Origin: Promethearchaeota archaeon
GTDB lineage: Archaea; Asgardarchaeota; Lokiarchaeia; Sigyniarchaeales; SOKP01
Length of the DNA: 64,000 nt
Direction of reading: 5' to 3'
NCBI GenBank assembly: GCA_048939995.1
Contig: JBHLOY010000001.1
Location: 366,449 to 430,448 of the forward strand
Each line of letters opens with the position of its first letter. Within the stretch, counting starts at the first letter, position 1. A program made the translations under genes and the position numbers. Under the pieces are notes generated by a model that did no database searches, was not told the DNA's origin, and saw only the letters and a list, made by a program, of their open reading frames with translations. This document shows positions 41,919-52,180 of this stretch, one piece after another.

Positions 41919-41948
41919 ATATATGCAATTTTCATATTTTGCATATAT
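41919..41948. promoter_or_regulatory. 10-10-10 inverted repeat overlapping TATA box (candidate PadR operator)
   Basis: ATATATGCAA-N10-TTGCATATAT; TTTATATA at 41916. Confidence 0.65.
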
Positions 41949-41987
41949 TGTCAATTTATCAAAAATGCAAATAATATTGAATGAATA

Positions 41988-42611
41988 TTGACTGAAAATT
42001 ATGACATAAAACATCGAGCTTTTGTTATATTAGGTTTAATTAATGAGAAAATGCATGAAGGTGGATGTCATGCATATGATATTAATAAAAGGATTGAAGA
42101 AAGGGGAATGAGGGATTGGACAAACATAGGTATTGATTTTTCATTCTCAACAATTTATCGAACCTTGGATAGACTAGAAAATGATGAGCTAGTAGAGAGT
42201 TTTGAGGAAGAAATAGATGGGAGAAATCGAAAAACATATAGAATTACACCTTATGGATATAAAATTCTGAAAAGTAACGTGTATGATGTTTTATATAATT
42301 ATAGGGGGAAGAAAGATGAAGATTTTTATGTTGCTTTTTCAATGTTTCCAATTCTTAATATTGAGGAACAAATTGAAGCTTTTACCCATTCATTAGTAAA
42401 TGTAAAGAATCATAGGAAAGAATTAGAAATCATGTTAAATGAAATGCTAGTTAATTTCCCAAAAATGCCAATCAACGTAACTGGTCTCTTTATCCACCCT
42501 ATTAAAATTCTCAAAACTGATGAAGAATTTTTCGAAATGGTGATAGATGAAATCAAAAAGTTTAGAGGAAATATCAATCCTAATGATTATAAACCAAGAG
42601 AGGCAGAATAA
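41988..42611 (+). CDS. PadR family transcriptional regulator
   Basis: ILGLI, HAYDI, STIYRTLDRLE, RKTYRITPYG. Confidence 0.9.
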   Translation: MTENYDIKHRAFVILGLINEKMHEGGCHAYDINKRIEERGMRDWTNIGIDFSFSTIYRTLDRLENDELVESFEEEIDGRNRKTYRITPYGYKILKSNVYDVLYNYRGKKDEDFYVAFSMFPILNIEEQIEAFTHSLVNVKNHRKELEIMLNEMLVNFPKMPINVTGLFIHPIKILKTDEEFFEMVIDEIKKFRGNINPNDYKPREAE

Positions 42612-43748
42612 ATGAAATATATGGTTAAAAATTTTAAACATCGAATCGGTTCTCATTGCGAATCTGCATCAATGAGAGATCTTTTTGAATATTATGGTTT
42701 TCCTATGTCAGAGGCTATGGCATTCGGTTTAGATGGTACAATGGGTTTCGGTTTTTTTGATATGTCTGATCAAACCTCATTCGTTATTGACTTTGATATA
42801 CCTTTCTTCTTAGGAGGGAAACAAGGAACGATTGACCCTAATAGCCTAGCGTGCCGTTTGTTAGGTATCACTCTTAGAAAACAATCTTTCACCAGTGCAG
42901 ATAAAGCATGGGAAGAATCAAAGAGATTGATTAAACAAAATGTGCCTCTTATAATACGGGTAGATATTGTCTATATGCCGTATGAAGATTTTGGAAATCA
43001 GAGTGATGAAACGCATTTTGGTGGACATGCAATAACATTAGCAGGATTCGATGAAGAGAAAGGTCTAGCTTATTTAGGTGATACAGAATTCGATGGTTTT
43101 CAATCAATCCCAATTAGTATTTTGAAAACAGCTAGAAGTTCAACTTATGGACCTAAATTTTTGCATCCGCAGAATACTCAATTTTCTATGAAATGTGGTC
43201 CTGATAATAAACATCCCCCCTTAGCTGCAGGAATAAAACTTGCAATTCAGCAAGTTGTAAACAATATGCTTCGAGCTTCGATGAATTATAACGGAATACA
43301 AGGGTTAAAGAGATTTGCGAGTTCTATACTCTCATGGGATGATAAATTGAAAAAAAAGGTGACTAATTCTAAGGGACATGAAACTTATTTAGCAAGCATA
43401 ATGTTTGATCTTATTTATGGATATATTGAGACTTGGGGTACAGGAGGGGCATGCTTTCGAAATTTATATAAAAATTTTCTTGAGGAATTGATACAACTTC
43501 CGGAGATAAAGAAAGGTCCTATGGCATGGAAGAATGAAGAAATAAAGATAATAGAAGATTGTTTACCTCTTATAGATGCTTCTAGGAAAAAGTGGACATT
43601 GTTTGCTCAATCACTAAAAAATTCTGTTGAAGAATATAAAAGTGAATGTTTATTGCATGTTAACTTGAATGAATTACAAAACACTGTTTTAGATATTTTA
43701 AAGAATGAAGAGATTTTATTTAAAAACTTATCAAGGATAAAAATCTAA
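42612..43748 (+). CDS. BtrH-N/DUF4872-like papain-fold protein
   Basis: GSHCES (Cys), SEAMAFGL, HFGGHAITLAGFD (His), GTGGACFRNLY. Confidence 0.85.
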   Translation: MKYMVKNFKHRIGSHCESASMRDLFEYYGFPMSEAMAFGLDGTMGFGFFDMSDQTSFVIDFDIPFFLGGKQGTIDPNSLACRLLGITLRKQSFTSADKAWEESKRLIKQNVPLIIRVDIVYMPYEDFGNQSDETHFGGHAITLAGFDEEKGLAYLGDTEFDGFQSIPISILKTARSSTYGPKFLHPQNTQFSMKCGPDNKHPPLAAGIKLAIQQVVNNMLRASMNYNGIQGLKRFASSILSWDDKLKKKVTNSKGHETYLASIMFDLIYGYIETWGTGGACFRNLYKNFLEELIQLPEIKKGPMAWKNEEIKIIEDCLPLIDASRKKWTLFAQSLKNSVEEYKSECLLHVNLNELQNTVLDILKNEEILFKNLSRIKI

Positions 43749-43750
43749 AG

Positions 43751-44767
43751 GTGAAAAAATTGAGCAATTGGGAATCTATGTTAAATAAAAACCCATTAGA
43801 TTGGTTATTAGAAGAAAATAATCCTTCAGTTAGATATTTTACTTTAGTAGATATATTAGAAAAAAGTCCAACTTCTGCTGAAGTTAAAGATGCTAAACAA
43901 AAAATCATGAGAAGTGAGATTGTATCTAAAATTCTGAGTAAGCAAAAGGAAGGAGGGTACTGGGTGAATCATGATAACTTCTATGTATATACCAAGTATA
44001 AAGGTACTGTATGGACTTTTATCATCTTAGCAGAACTTAATGCGGATGGAAATGATGATAGAATTAAACAGACTTGTGAATTTATTCTCAAAAATTCTCA
44101 AGACCGCAATAGCGGAGGTTTTTCTGTCCATGGAAATGAAGAGAAGGGTGGTGTCCATGAGCAAGTTATACCTTGCCTAAACGGAAATATGATTTGGGCT
44201 TTAATCAGATTTGGATATCTAGACGACCCACGAATTCAACATGCTATTAATTGGATTGTACAATATCAAAGACTTGATGATGGGGTTGACAAAACACCTC
44301 AAGGGTGGCCTTATGAAAAACATAAAAATTGTTGGGGAAAGCATACATGTCATATGGGCGTTGTAAAAAATTTAATGGCGTTAGCTGAGATTCCATTAAA
44401 TAAACGATCGCGTAAAGTTAGTAATTTTATTCCTAAAGCAGTTGAATATATACTCGACCATCATATTTATAAAAAAAGTCATGAAAAGAATGTGGTAGCT
44501 AAGGAGGAATGGACTAAGTTTGGTTTTCCTTTATTATGGAAAATAGATGCTTTGGAAATTGTGAACATTTTAACACAATTAGGTTATAAGGATGCCAGAA
44601 TGCAAGAAGCTATTGATTTAGTTCTATCAAAACAAACTCAAGAAGGTAAATGGATATTAGAAAAAAGCTTTAATGGACGTGTTCAGGCAAACATTGAACA
44701 ACAAGGTAAAGAGAGTAAATGGATTACCCTGAACGCAGTTAGAGCGTTAAAACAATATTATGAATAA
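43751..44767 (+). CDS. Prenyltransferase/squalene-cyclase repeat (alpha-alpha barrel) protein
   Basis: QW-like repeats ILSKQKEGGYW, QDRNSGGF, LSKQTQEGKW; SKWITLNA. Confidence 0.8.
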   Translation: MKKLSNWESMLNKNPLDWLLEENNPSVRYFTLVDILEKSPTSAEVKDAKQKIMRSEIVSKILSKQKEGGYWVNHDNFYVYTKYKGTVWTFIILAELNADGNDDRIKQTCEFILKNSQDRNSGGFSVHGNEEKGGVHEQVIPCLNGNMIWALIRFGYLDDPRIQHAINWIVQYQRLDDGVDKTPQGWPYEKHKNCWGKHTCHMGVVKNLMALAEIPLNKRSRKVSNFIPKAVEYILDHHIYKKSHEKNVVAKEEWTKFGFPLLWKIDALEIVNILTQLGYKDARMQEAIDLVLSKQTQEGKWILEKSFNGRVQANIEQQGKESKWITLNAVRALKQYYE

Positions 44768-44796
44768 AGTTTAATTAGTTTATTAATGGGAAATAT

Positions 44797-45459
44797 ATGG
44801 TAAATGAAATAGATATAAAAATCGAAGAACTTCGCAAAAATTTTCTACAATATACCAGAAAAGCATTTGAAATGCTTCCAAGAATAGATTACCCTCACAT
44901 ACTTGATGTAGGTTGTGGTTCAGGAATACCAGCTATAGAATTAGCGCAATTGAGCAATGCAGAGATAATTGGAATAGATATTGATCAAGAAGCTCTAGAA
45001 AAGTTTAATGAAAAAATTAAAAAATTCAACTTATCAGATCGAGTGAAAACTATTAATTGTTCTTTATTAGATATAGATTTTCCGAATGAGAATTTTGATA
45101 TTATCTGGGCAGAGGGAGTAATGCAATTTATTGGATTTGAAAAAGCTTTGAAAGAATGGAATAGAATGCTCAAAAAGAATGGTTTTATTGTTGTGCACGA
45201 TGATTTGAGAGATAAAGAAAAGAAATTAAAAACTATACCCAAATATGGATATAAATTAGTAGATTATTTCCTATTACCTGATGATGTATGGTGGAGGGAT
45301 TATTTTATGCCATTAGAACTTCAAATCGAGAAGTTTAGTAATTTCCCCAGAAAGCTTAAGAAATTAAAGAGTTTTATAAAAGAAATTAATTCCTATAAGA
45401 AAAATCCAGGAAATTATCGGTCGATGTTTTATTTAATCCAGAAAGTAGATAGAGTTTAA
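44797..45459 (+). CDS. Class I SAM-dependent methyltransferase
   Basis: ILDVGCGSG, GIDID, FDIIWAEG. Confidence 0.92.
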   Translation: MVNEIDIKIEELRKNFLQYTRKAFEMLPRIDYPHILDVGCGSGIPAIELAQLSNAEIIGIDIDQEALEKFNEKIKKFNLSDRVKTINCSLLDIDFPNENFDIIWAEGVMQFIGFEKALKEWNRMLKKNGFIVVHDDLRDKEKKLKTIPKYGYKLVDYFLLPDDVWWRDYFMPLELQIEKFSNFPRKLKKLKSFIKEINSYKKNPGNYRSMFYLIQKVDRV

Positions 45460-45475
45460 TTTTAGTGAAAATATT

Positions 45476-45901
45476 ATGATAGATAATAATTTAGCAGCTC
45501 CATGTGGTATATATTGTGGTGCTTGTCGCCAATATCTCGTCTTGAAAAAAGACTTACTAAAAGAGAGAGGCTTTAAATTAGGTTGTAGAGGATGTCGAAT
45601 TCGAAACAAGAATTGTGTCTTTATAAGAAGAGATTGTTCAGCATTGAGGAAAAAAGAATTAGAATTTTGTTTCGAGTGCGAGAAATTTCCATGTCAAAAA
45701 TTGAGTAAAATTGATGCTCTTTATCAAGAGAGATATCATGTAAACTTGATTAAGAATCTGAAAAGAATTCGAGATATAGGTGTCGATAAATGGCTTAAAG
45801 AGCAAGAGATACTCTACACTTGCCCTAAATGTGAAGGTGAGATTTGCGTCCATGATGCTGAATGTTATGATTGTGGGAATAAATTAAATCCAAATACATA
45901 A
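45476..45901 (+). CDS. DUF3795-like Cys-rich metal-binding protein
   Basis: APCGIYCGAC, CRGCR, FCFECEKFPC plus C-terminal CPKC/CYDC. Confidence 0.85.
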   Translation: MIDNNLAAPCGIYCGACRQYLVLKKDLLKERGFKLGCRGCRIRNKNCVFIRRDCSALRKKELEFCFECEKFPCQKLSKIDALYQERYHVNLIKNLKRIRDIGVDKWLKEQEILYTCPKCEGEICVHDAECYDCGNKLNPNT

Positions 45902-45915
45902 TAAGGAGGATAAAA

Positions 45916-48417
45916 ATGGATGAGATAAGAATTGTAGGTGCACGAATTCATAATCTAAAAAATGTAAAGATAAATATTCCTAAAAATAAGATTATACTCA
46001 TTACAGGAGTGTCAGGTTCAGGTAAATCCAGTTTGGCTTTTGATATTATTTTTGATGAGGGTATGAACAGATATTTGCAATCAATTGGTTTTCCACCGAA
46101 GTTTGAAGATGAAAAACCATTTGATATAATAGAAGGTCTTAGCCCTACCGTGGCAGTAGAACAAAGGACAACAAGAGTTTTTAATCCTCGTTCTACGGTA
46201 GGTACTAAAACGGGGCTATATGGACTTCTTCGGATGCTTTATGCCACTGAAGGGGTTTTGATTTGCCCAATTTGTAAAGAACCCGTCAACGAAGCTACTT
46301 TAGAGTGTGGTATATGTGGAATGGTTATTGAACGTAAGCAAATCAAATATTTTTCATTTAACGAGCCTTCAGGGATGTGCTTAGAATGCAAAGGAAGGGG
46401 ATATACAATGCATCTTAATGAGGAAATGATCATTCAAGACTATAATAGAAATTTAATAGAAATTACGAAAGCGGGTTCTGGCTGTTTTGCTGATCAGATT
46501 AGATTTGTTGAACAATTACCAAGATTTTATGATTTTGATATTAAAACAGCCTATAAGGATCTACCAGAAAAAATTAAGAAGATCTATCTTTATGGAAGTG
46601 GAAAAAAGCTACAGTTTAAATGGGAGTCAAAAAGATTTAGTGGTGAATTAGAAAGAGAATTTGAAGGAATTATTCCACATTTAGAGAGAGCTATGACTGA
46701 GAGTACGAGTGCCTATCGAAGAAGTAAAATTGCGAAGGATTATATGAGCATGAAAAAGTGTGAGGGATGTTTTGGCTATAGAATAAATGAACAAGCTAGA
46801 GAGATTAAGATTAATAGTAAGCATATAGGAGAATTATCAAAAATGACTATTGATGAGTTAATCGATTTCTTAGAAAACTTAAGTAAAAAAAATATAAAAA
46901 GTCCTCAAGGTAAATCAATGCTAGAAAGCTTGATTAAAGGTTTGAAGCGCATGATTAATGTTGGTCTTTCCTATTTACACTTACATCGTTCCTTGCCTAC
47001 TTTAAGTGGAGGGGAATTACAAAGACTATCTCTCATGACTCATCTTGATGGAGGGCTTGATTCTCTTATTTACATATTGGATGAACCGAGTATGAGTCTA
47101 CATGAAAAAGAAAAAGAATCATTGATTAATATTCTAAAAGAACTTAAAGATTTAGGAAATACTGTAATTATTGTTGAACATGACAAACAATTTATCAAAA
47201 TCGCTGATGAAATTATAGATATTGGACCAGGAGCAGGAAAGAATGGAGGAAAAATAGTTTATCAAGGGGATTTAGATGGGATTAGGCAAATTAATAATTC
47301 TTATACAGGTCAATTTTTATTAGGTAAAATAAAATTGCCAAATAAGACAGTTCAACAAATTAAGGTAATTAATGGTAAGACCAAATTCTTAATTATTAAA
47401 AATGCTAATACAAATAATCTTAAAAGCGTTAATATTAAGATTCCGCTCGGTATGCTGGTTGGAATTGCAGGAGTTTCCGGATCGGGTAAGAGTTCTTTAG
47501 TATTAGATACCTTAGTGCCGCTTTTAAGACCATACTTTTCAAGAAGTACTCGAAAAGTTGTAAAAAACCAAAATGAAAATGAAGATGATGCTGAAAATGG
47601 AGAAGATCTAACAGAATTTTCTGGAATTCTAGAAGGATGGAAAAATCTAGATGGTGTAGTTGTTGTAAACCAAAAACCAATATCTAGAGTGAGAACTTCC
47701 ACTCCTTCTTCATTTATTGGTATTTGGGATAAAATAAGGAATATTTATGCTAAAACTCCTGAAGCAAGGAAGAGAAAATATTCAGCAGGACACTTTTCAT
47801 ATAATTCTGATAATGGTAGGTGTCCCATTTGTAGAGGTAGTGGAGTTCAAGATTTACAAATTTCTTTTTTAAGTAGTTTCACCATACCTTGTAAAGAATG
47901 TAAAGGTTTAAGATATAAAGCAGAAATTTTAGAAATCAAATATAAAGGGAAGACAATCGCAGATTTACTTGATATAACGGTAAAGGAAGCATTAGAATTA
48001 TTCAGATCCGAAACTAGAGTTTCTAATATATTAAAGATTCTTGAAAAGATTGGCATGGGATATATTACACTAGGGCAACCTGCCCCTACGTTAAGTGGAG
48101 GTGAAGCTCAACGAATCAAATTAGCGAAAGAACTTGGAAAAGTCCGTAAGGGTAAATCATTGTATATATTGGACGAACCTACTGTTGGTTTATCATTCTA
48201 TGATGCCGTAAAACTAATAGAGTTGTTAGATCAACTAGTAGAGGAAGGAAATAGTGTTATAATAATTGAGCATGACCCTGAAATTCTCTCTTATATGGAC
48301 TATATAATCGAGCTAGGTCCAGAAGGAGGGTCAAAAGGGGGAAAAGTAATTGCTGTCGGAACACCAAAGCAATTAAAAGAAAATAAAAGTTCAATTACAG
48401 GTAATTATTTAAACTAA
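45916..48417 (+). CDS. UvrA-like ABC ATPase, class II (no UvrB-binding domain)
   Basis: Two GVSGSGKSSL/LSGGE/LDEP cassettes and Zn modules; CPIC and CGIC lie only 10 aa apart where canonical UvrA carries the UvrB-binding domain. Confidence 0.92.
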   Translation: MDEIRIVGARIHNLKNVKINIPKNKIILITGVSGSGKSSLAFDIIFDEGMNRYLQSIGFPPKFEDEKPFDIIEGLSPTVAVEQRTTRVFNPRSTVGTKTGLYGLLRMLYATEGVLICPICKEPVNEATLECGICGMVIERKQIKYFSFNEPSGMCLECKGRGYTMHLNEEMIIQDYNRNLIEITKAGSGCFADQIRFVEQLPRFYDFDIKTAYKDLPEKIKKIYLYGSGKKLQFKWESKRFSGELEREFEGIIPHLERAMTESTSAYRRSKIAKDYMSMKKCEGCFGYRINEQAREIKINSKHIGELSKMTIDELIDFLENLSKKNIKSPQGKSMLESLIKGLKRMINVGLSYLHLHRSLPTLSGGELQRLSLMTHLDGGLDSLIYILDEPSMSLHEKEKESLINILKELKDLGNTVIIVEHDKQFIKIADEIIDIGPGAGKNGGKIVYQGDLDGIRQINNSYTGQFLLGKIKLPNKTVQQIKVINGKTKFLIIKNANTNNLKSVNIKIPLGMLVGIAGVSGSGKSSLVLDTLVPLLRPYFSRSTRKVVKNQNENEDDAENGEDLTEFSGILEGWKNLDGVVVVNQKPISRVRTSTPSSFIGIWDKIRNIYAKTPEARKRKYSAGHFSYNSDNGRCPICRGSGVQDLQISFLSSFTIPCKECKGLRYKAEILEIKYKGKTIADLLDITVKEALELFRSETRVSNILKILEKIGMGYITLGQPAPTLSGGEAQRIKLAKELGKVRKGKSLYILDEPTVGLSFYDAVKLIELLDQLVEEGNSVIIIEHDPEILSYMDYIIELGPEGGSKGGKVIAVGTPKQLKENKSSITGNYLN

Positions 48418-48455
48418 TAATATAAAACTAATAACAGATAAAAAGATAATGAGAA

Positions 48456-49091
48456 ATGGAAAATTTGAATAAGAAAGAGTTCAAACCGGAAACTCTTGTA
48501 GGTAAAGCTATAAAAGATCCAATATTACGCGAAAAATTAATAAAAAATTTGCTTGTTAAAGATGACTATACAAGGTTTAATAGCCATAAAGTTTTGCTAA
48601 TTTTAAGTGAAAAGAAACCCGAAATTCTTTATCCTAATTGGGATTTTTTTGCTAATTTATTGAAAAGTAGCAATAATTTTCAAATCGTTATTGGAATTCA
48701 ATTAATTGCAAACCTTGTTAGAGTTGACCATCAAGCTAAGTTTGAAGGTTTGTTTGATGAATATTGCAGATTAATTGATACTAAAAGTGTGATGACGTCA
48801 TCACATATAGCATTGAATTTAGGTAAGATTGCCAAAGAGAAACCAAACTTAAGAGAGAAAGTAACCAAACGATTACTGAGTATAGATAAGACCCATCATG
48901 AGCCACAAAGAAAAGATCTAATAAAAGCATATGCAATCGAATCTCTAAATGAGTATTTCGATATGGTTGAAGATAAAGCAGAAATAATTAATTTTGTAAA
49001 AAGTCAATTAAAATCTCGAAGCCCTAAAACTAAGAAGATAGCTGAGAGTTTTCTTAAAAAAAAAGCTCTAAAGAACAATTTCCAATGTTAA
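48456..49091 (+). CDS. HEAT/ARM-repeat hypothetical protein
   Basis: All-helical pattern (PEILYP.WD.F..LL, LGKIAKEKP.L). Confidence 0.7.
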   Translation: MENLNKKEFKPETLVGKAIKDPILREKLIKNLLVKDDYTRFNSHKVLLILSEKKPEILYPNWDFFANLLKSSNNFQIVIGIQLIANLVRVDHQAKFEGLFDEYCRLIDTKSVMTSSHIALNLGKIAKEKPNLREKVTKRLLSIDKTHHEPQRKDLIKAYAIESLNEYFDMVEDKAEIINFVKSQLKSRSPKTKKIAESFLKKKALKNNFQC

Positions 49092-49151
49092 CAAGTGTAG
49101 ATTCAAAGATTAATTAATAATATGTTCTAATAATTTCTTTCAATTAATAAG

Positions 49152-49700
49152 ATGAATATTAAGGATTGGCAAGATTTTAAGGGAGAACAGGTACTTAGAG
49201 AATTAGGAATTACAGAAAGTCAAAAAGTATTAGATTTTGGATGTGGCTCGGGAGTATATTCGATTATTGTAGCAAAAATTGTAAAAAGTCAAGGAAAAAT
49301 TTATGCTCTCGATTATAATGAAGATTCTTTAGGAGTACTAAAACATAAAATTAGAACACATAATATTAAAAATATTGAAATCATTAAGACATCAAAAGAA
49401 ATATCAATCCCTTTGAAATCTAATTTTTTAGATACGGTATTACTATATGATGTTTATCATTTATTAGATAAAGATAATAGATTTATATTATTAGGTGAAA
49501 TTTATCGTGTTTTAAAGAGGAAATCTGGAATTTTATCTTATTTTGCTACTCATATTGATTCTTATGGAATTAATTTAAATGAAGTTCAAGAGCAATTGAC
49601 AAATGCAGGTTTTGAATTTAAAGGGAAGTTTAAAAGACCTATGTTTCATTGGAATTGGATTGAAGAAGGTATTATTCTTAACTATAATAAAAAAGGATGA
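49152..49700 (+). CDS. Class I SAM-dependent methyltransferase
   Basis: VLDFGCGSG, IYALD, EIYRVLK. Confidence 0.9.
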   Translation: MNIKDWQDFKGEQVLRELGITESQKVLDFGCGSGVYSIIVAKIVKSQGKIYALDYNEDSLGVLKHKIRTHNIKNIEIIKTSKEISIPLKSNFLDTVLLYDVYHLLDKDNRFILLGEIYRVLKRKSGILSYFATHIDSYGINLNEVQEQLTNAGFEFKGKFKRPMFHWNWIEEGIILNYNKKG

Positions 49701-49733
49701 TCTTGTATTTATATCAATTTAAATAAGTTAAAA

Positions 49734-50324
49734 TTAAATTTCTTCTTTAATCTGAGTATAAAAATCCGCAATAATTTTATGTTTTTTTGTTGCAATTTTC
49801 TTTGAAATATCTAGGATCAAACCGTCCTTTATTTTAAGAATTTTTTCTTCTAAATGATTAATTACATCATTCAGATTGCCCTTATTTTGAATTGTATAGC
49901 CTATTGTTCGATACAACCCAATCGCCCCAATTGCATCTATTTTATCCACATCTGACAAAATCTTTGCTTCAAGAGTTTTAGGTCTTACTTGATTTGAAAA
50001 AGAATGTGCCTTAATACAATGAAGAATATTTTTCATGTTCTCATCTGGAAGATTGAAGTCTTGGGAATTTAAGTATACTTTAGCCAGCTTTGCAGAAATT
50101 TCTGCGTGATTTTCACGAATATCTTTATTTTTCTTTTTATTTCTTGCTAGATCATGAAGTAAAGATGCTATTTTTAACACATCTAGATTAGCATTTAATT
50201 TTTTACCTAAAGTTATGCATAAATTATAAACTCTCTCAATATGAGGAAATCCATGAATATCATTTAATTCAGAATTCTTAATTGTATATTTACGAACAAC
50301 TTCAATGAGGTTTTCTTTTACCAT
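49734..50324 (-). CDS. HD-domain phosphohydrolase
   Basis: HGFPHIERV, LLHD, H..HS, EAKILSDVDKIDAIGAIG. Confidence 0.92.
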   Translation of the reverse strand: MVKENLIEVVRKYTIKNSELNDIHGFPHIERVYNLCITLGKKLNANLDVLKIASLLHDLARNKKKNKDIRENHAEISAKLAKVYLNSQDFNLPDENMKNILHCIKAHSFSNQVRPKTLEAKILSDVDKIDAIGAIGLYRTIGYTIQNKGNLNDVINHLEEKILKIKDGLILDISKKIATKKHKIIADFYTQIKEEI

Positions 50325-50407
50325 TAGAAATTTCTTTATAATTTATTATCTATTAGAAAAAATTAAAAAAGAAATATTTAAGTTTAACCCAAAGATTTAA
50401 TAAAGGA

Positions 50408-52096
50408 CTATACTTCTTCTCCTCGTCTTTTAGCTTCAATATCCTTTAACTCTTTCCTCTGTACTTTCCCAACCATTGTTTCTGGAAGTTCTTTCCTAAA
50501 TTCTATGAATTTTGGTACTTTATAGGGAGCCATATTTTGTTGGCAGAAAGCCTTAATTTCATTTTTCATCTCATCAGTTTCTTGATAGCCATCTTTTAAT
50601 ACTACATAAGCTTTTACTTTTTCGCTACCCGGGAGATCAGGATTAGGAACACCTATAATAGCAACATTCTCAATTGCTTCGTGTTCAAATAAAATATCTT
50701 CAAGCTCTCGTGGATATACCTTAAACCCACTTACATCTATCATATCCTTCTTTCGATCAACAATATAGAAATAACCATCTTCATCCATTTTACCAATATC
50801 TCCTGTCAGAACCCACCCATCTTTTAATTGATTATCTGTCTCTTCTGGTTTATTCCAGTACCCTTTAAATACTTGAGGTCCTTTCATCATAATTTCTCCA
50901 GCTTCTCCAAGAGGGACAATTTTGGTGTAATCTTCAATATCAACTATTTTAACCTCTGTATCAGGTATTGGCATTCCAACAGAACCTATTTTTCTTTCTC
51001 CAACTATTGGATTACTATGAGTTACTGGTGAAGTTTCTGTCATTCCATATCCTTCTAATACTTTTCCTCCAGTTCTTTGTTCAAATTCTTTAAGAACTTC
51101 GGGAGGCATTGGTGCGGCTCCAGTATTGCAAATTCTGATAGATCTAAGATATTTAGCATAATCTTCTAAGTCATCTCTTTCCAATAGACGCATATACATT
51201 GTTGGGACTCCTGGAAATATTGAAGGTTGTGTAGCTTTTATTATTTCAAAAAGGGACTTCTGATCTCGTGCATCGGGGTTTAATGCGACTGTTGAAGCAA
51301 GATAAATATGTAGGTTCATGCATACTGTTTGGCCATAAATATGAAAAAGAGGTAGATTGGTTAAGATAGTTTCTTTTCCTCTTTGTAATGCTTGGCCTAT
51401 CCAAGAAAGTGTAGCCACAGAATTAGAAACAAGATTATAATGAGTTAACATAGCACCTTTTGGAACACCAGTTGTGCCTCCTGTATATTGAAGGCAAGCA
51501 ATATCTTCCTTTGCATTAGTTTCAAATTTAGGAGGATCCGGTTTTGTGTTCTCGATAATATTGAGGAATTGATGAGTTCCTGATATCTCAGGAGGATTTC
51601 TCGGAGCCATTGGGGCGTAATCAAAAACGTTTGTGATTATTACCTGCCTTAAGCGGGTCCTATCTCTAATTTTATTAATCTTTTCTACCTGATTATCCCA
51701 TGCAATAATTATCTCTGCCCCAGAATCGTTAAGTTGGTACATCAACTCGTGCTCAGTATAGAGAACACTAACACAAGTCACTATTCCACCTGCTTTTAAT
51801 ATTCCATAATAACTCATTATGAATTGTGGAAAATTTGGAATCATAATGGCTACAACATCACCTCTTTTGACTCCCATTTTAACAAGTGCAGTTGCTAATC
51901 TATCGGCTGTATCCTTCAATTTTTTGTATGTTATTTTATTTTTTAAAAACCAAATTGCGGTATGGCTACTAAAATCACTTGCAGCATCATCTAAAAACTT
52001 ATAAATGTTTATTTCAGGATAATCTATGTGAGCCGGAACGCCCTCATCATAATTCTTTAACCATGGTTTAGAAGCATATGGATCCATTTCACTCAT
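50408..52096 (-). CDS. Long-chain fatty-acid--CoA ligase
   Basis: YTGGTTGVPKG, EGYGMTE, TGD, DRKKD, VGK. Confidence 0.95.
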   Translation of the reverse strand: MSEMDPYASKPWLKNYDEGVPAHIDYPEINIYKFLDDAASDFSSHTAIWFLKNKITYKKLKDTADRLATALVKMGVKRGDVVAIMIPNFPQFIMSYYGILKAGGIVTCVSVLYTEHELMYQLNDSGAEIIIAWDNQVEKINKIRDRTRLRQVIITNVFDYAPMAPRNPPEISGTHQFLNIIENTKPDPPKFETNAKEDIACLQYTGGTTGVPKGAMLTHYNLVSNSVATLSWIGQALQRGKETILTNLPLFHIYGQTVCMNLHIYLASTVALNPDARDQKSLFEIIKATQPSIFPGVPTMYMRLLERDDLEDYAKYLRSIRICNTGAAPMPPEVLKEFEQRTGGKVLEGYGMTETSPVTHSNPIVGERKIGSVGMPIPDTEVKIVDIEDYTKIVPLGEAGEIMMKGPQVFKGYWNKPEETDNQLKDGWVLTGDIGKMDEDGYFYIVDRKKDMIDVSGFKVYPRELEDILFEHEAIENVAIIGVPNPDLPGSEKVKAYVVLKDGYQETDEMKNEIKAFCQQNMAPYKVPKFIEFRKELPETMVGKVQRKELKDIEAKRRGEEV

Positions 52097-52180
52097 TCTA
52101 ATAATATACCTCCTAAAATTAGATTATTCATAATAATTCAAAAGATTTATTATAAAATAAAAAGATTTTGAAAATAAATA

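Noticed and set aside
43751-44767. Squalene-hopene cyclase
   Set aside because: Only about half the length and no DxDD catalytic motif.
45916-48417. Canonical uvrA of nucleotide excision repair
   Set aside because: UvrB-binding domain is missing and no uvrB/uvrC is adjacent.
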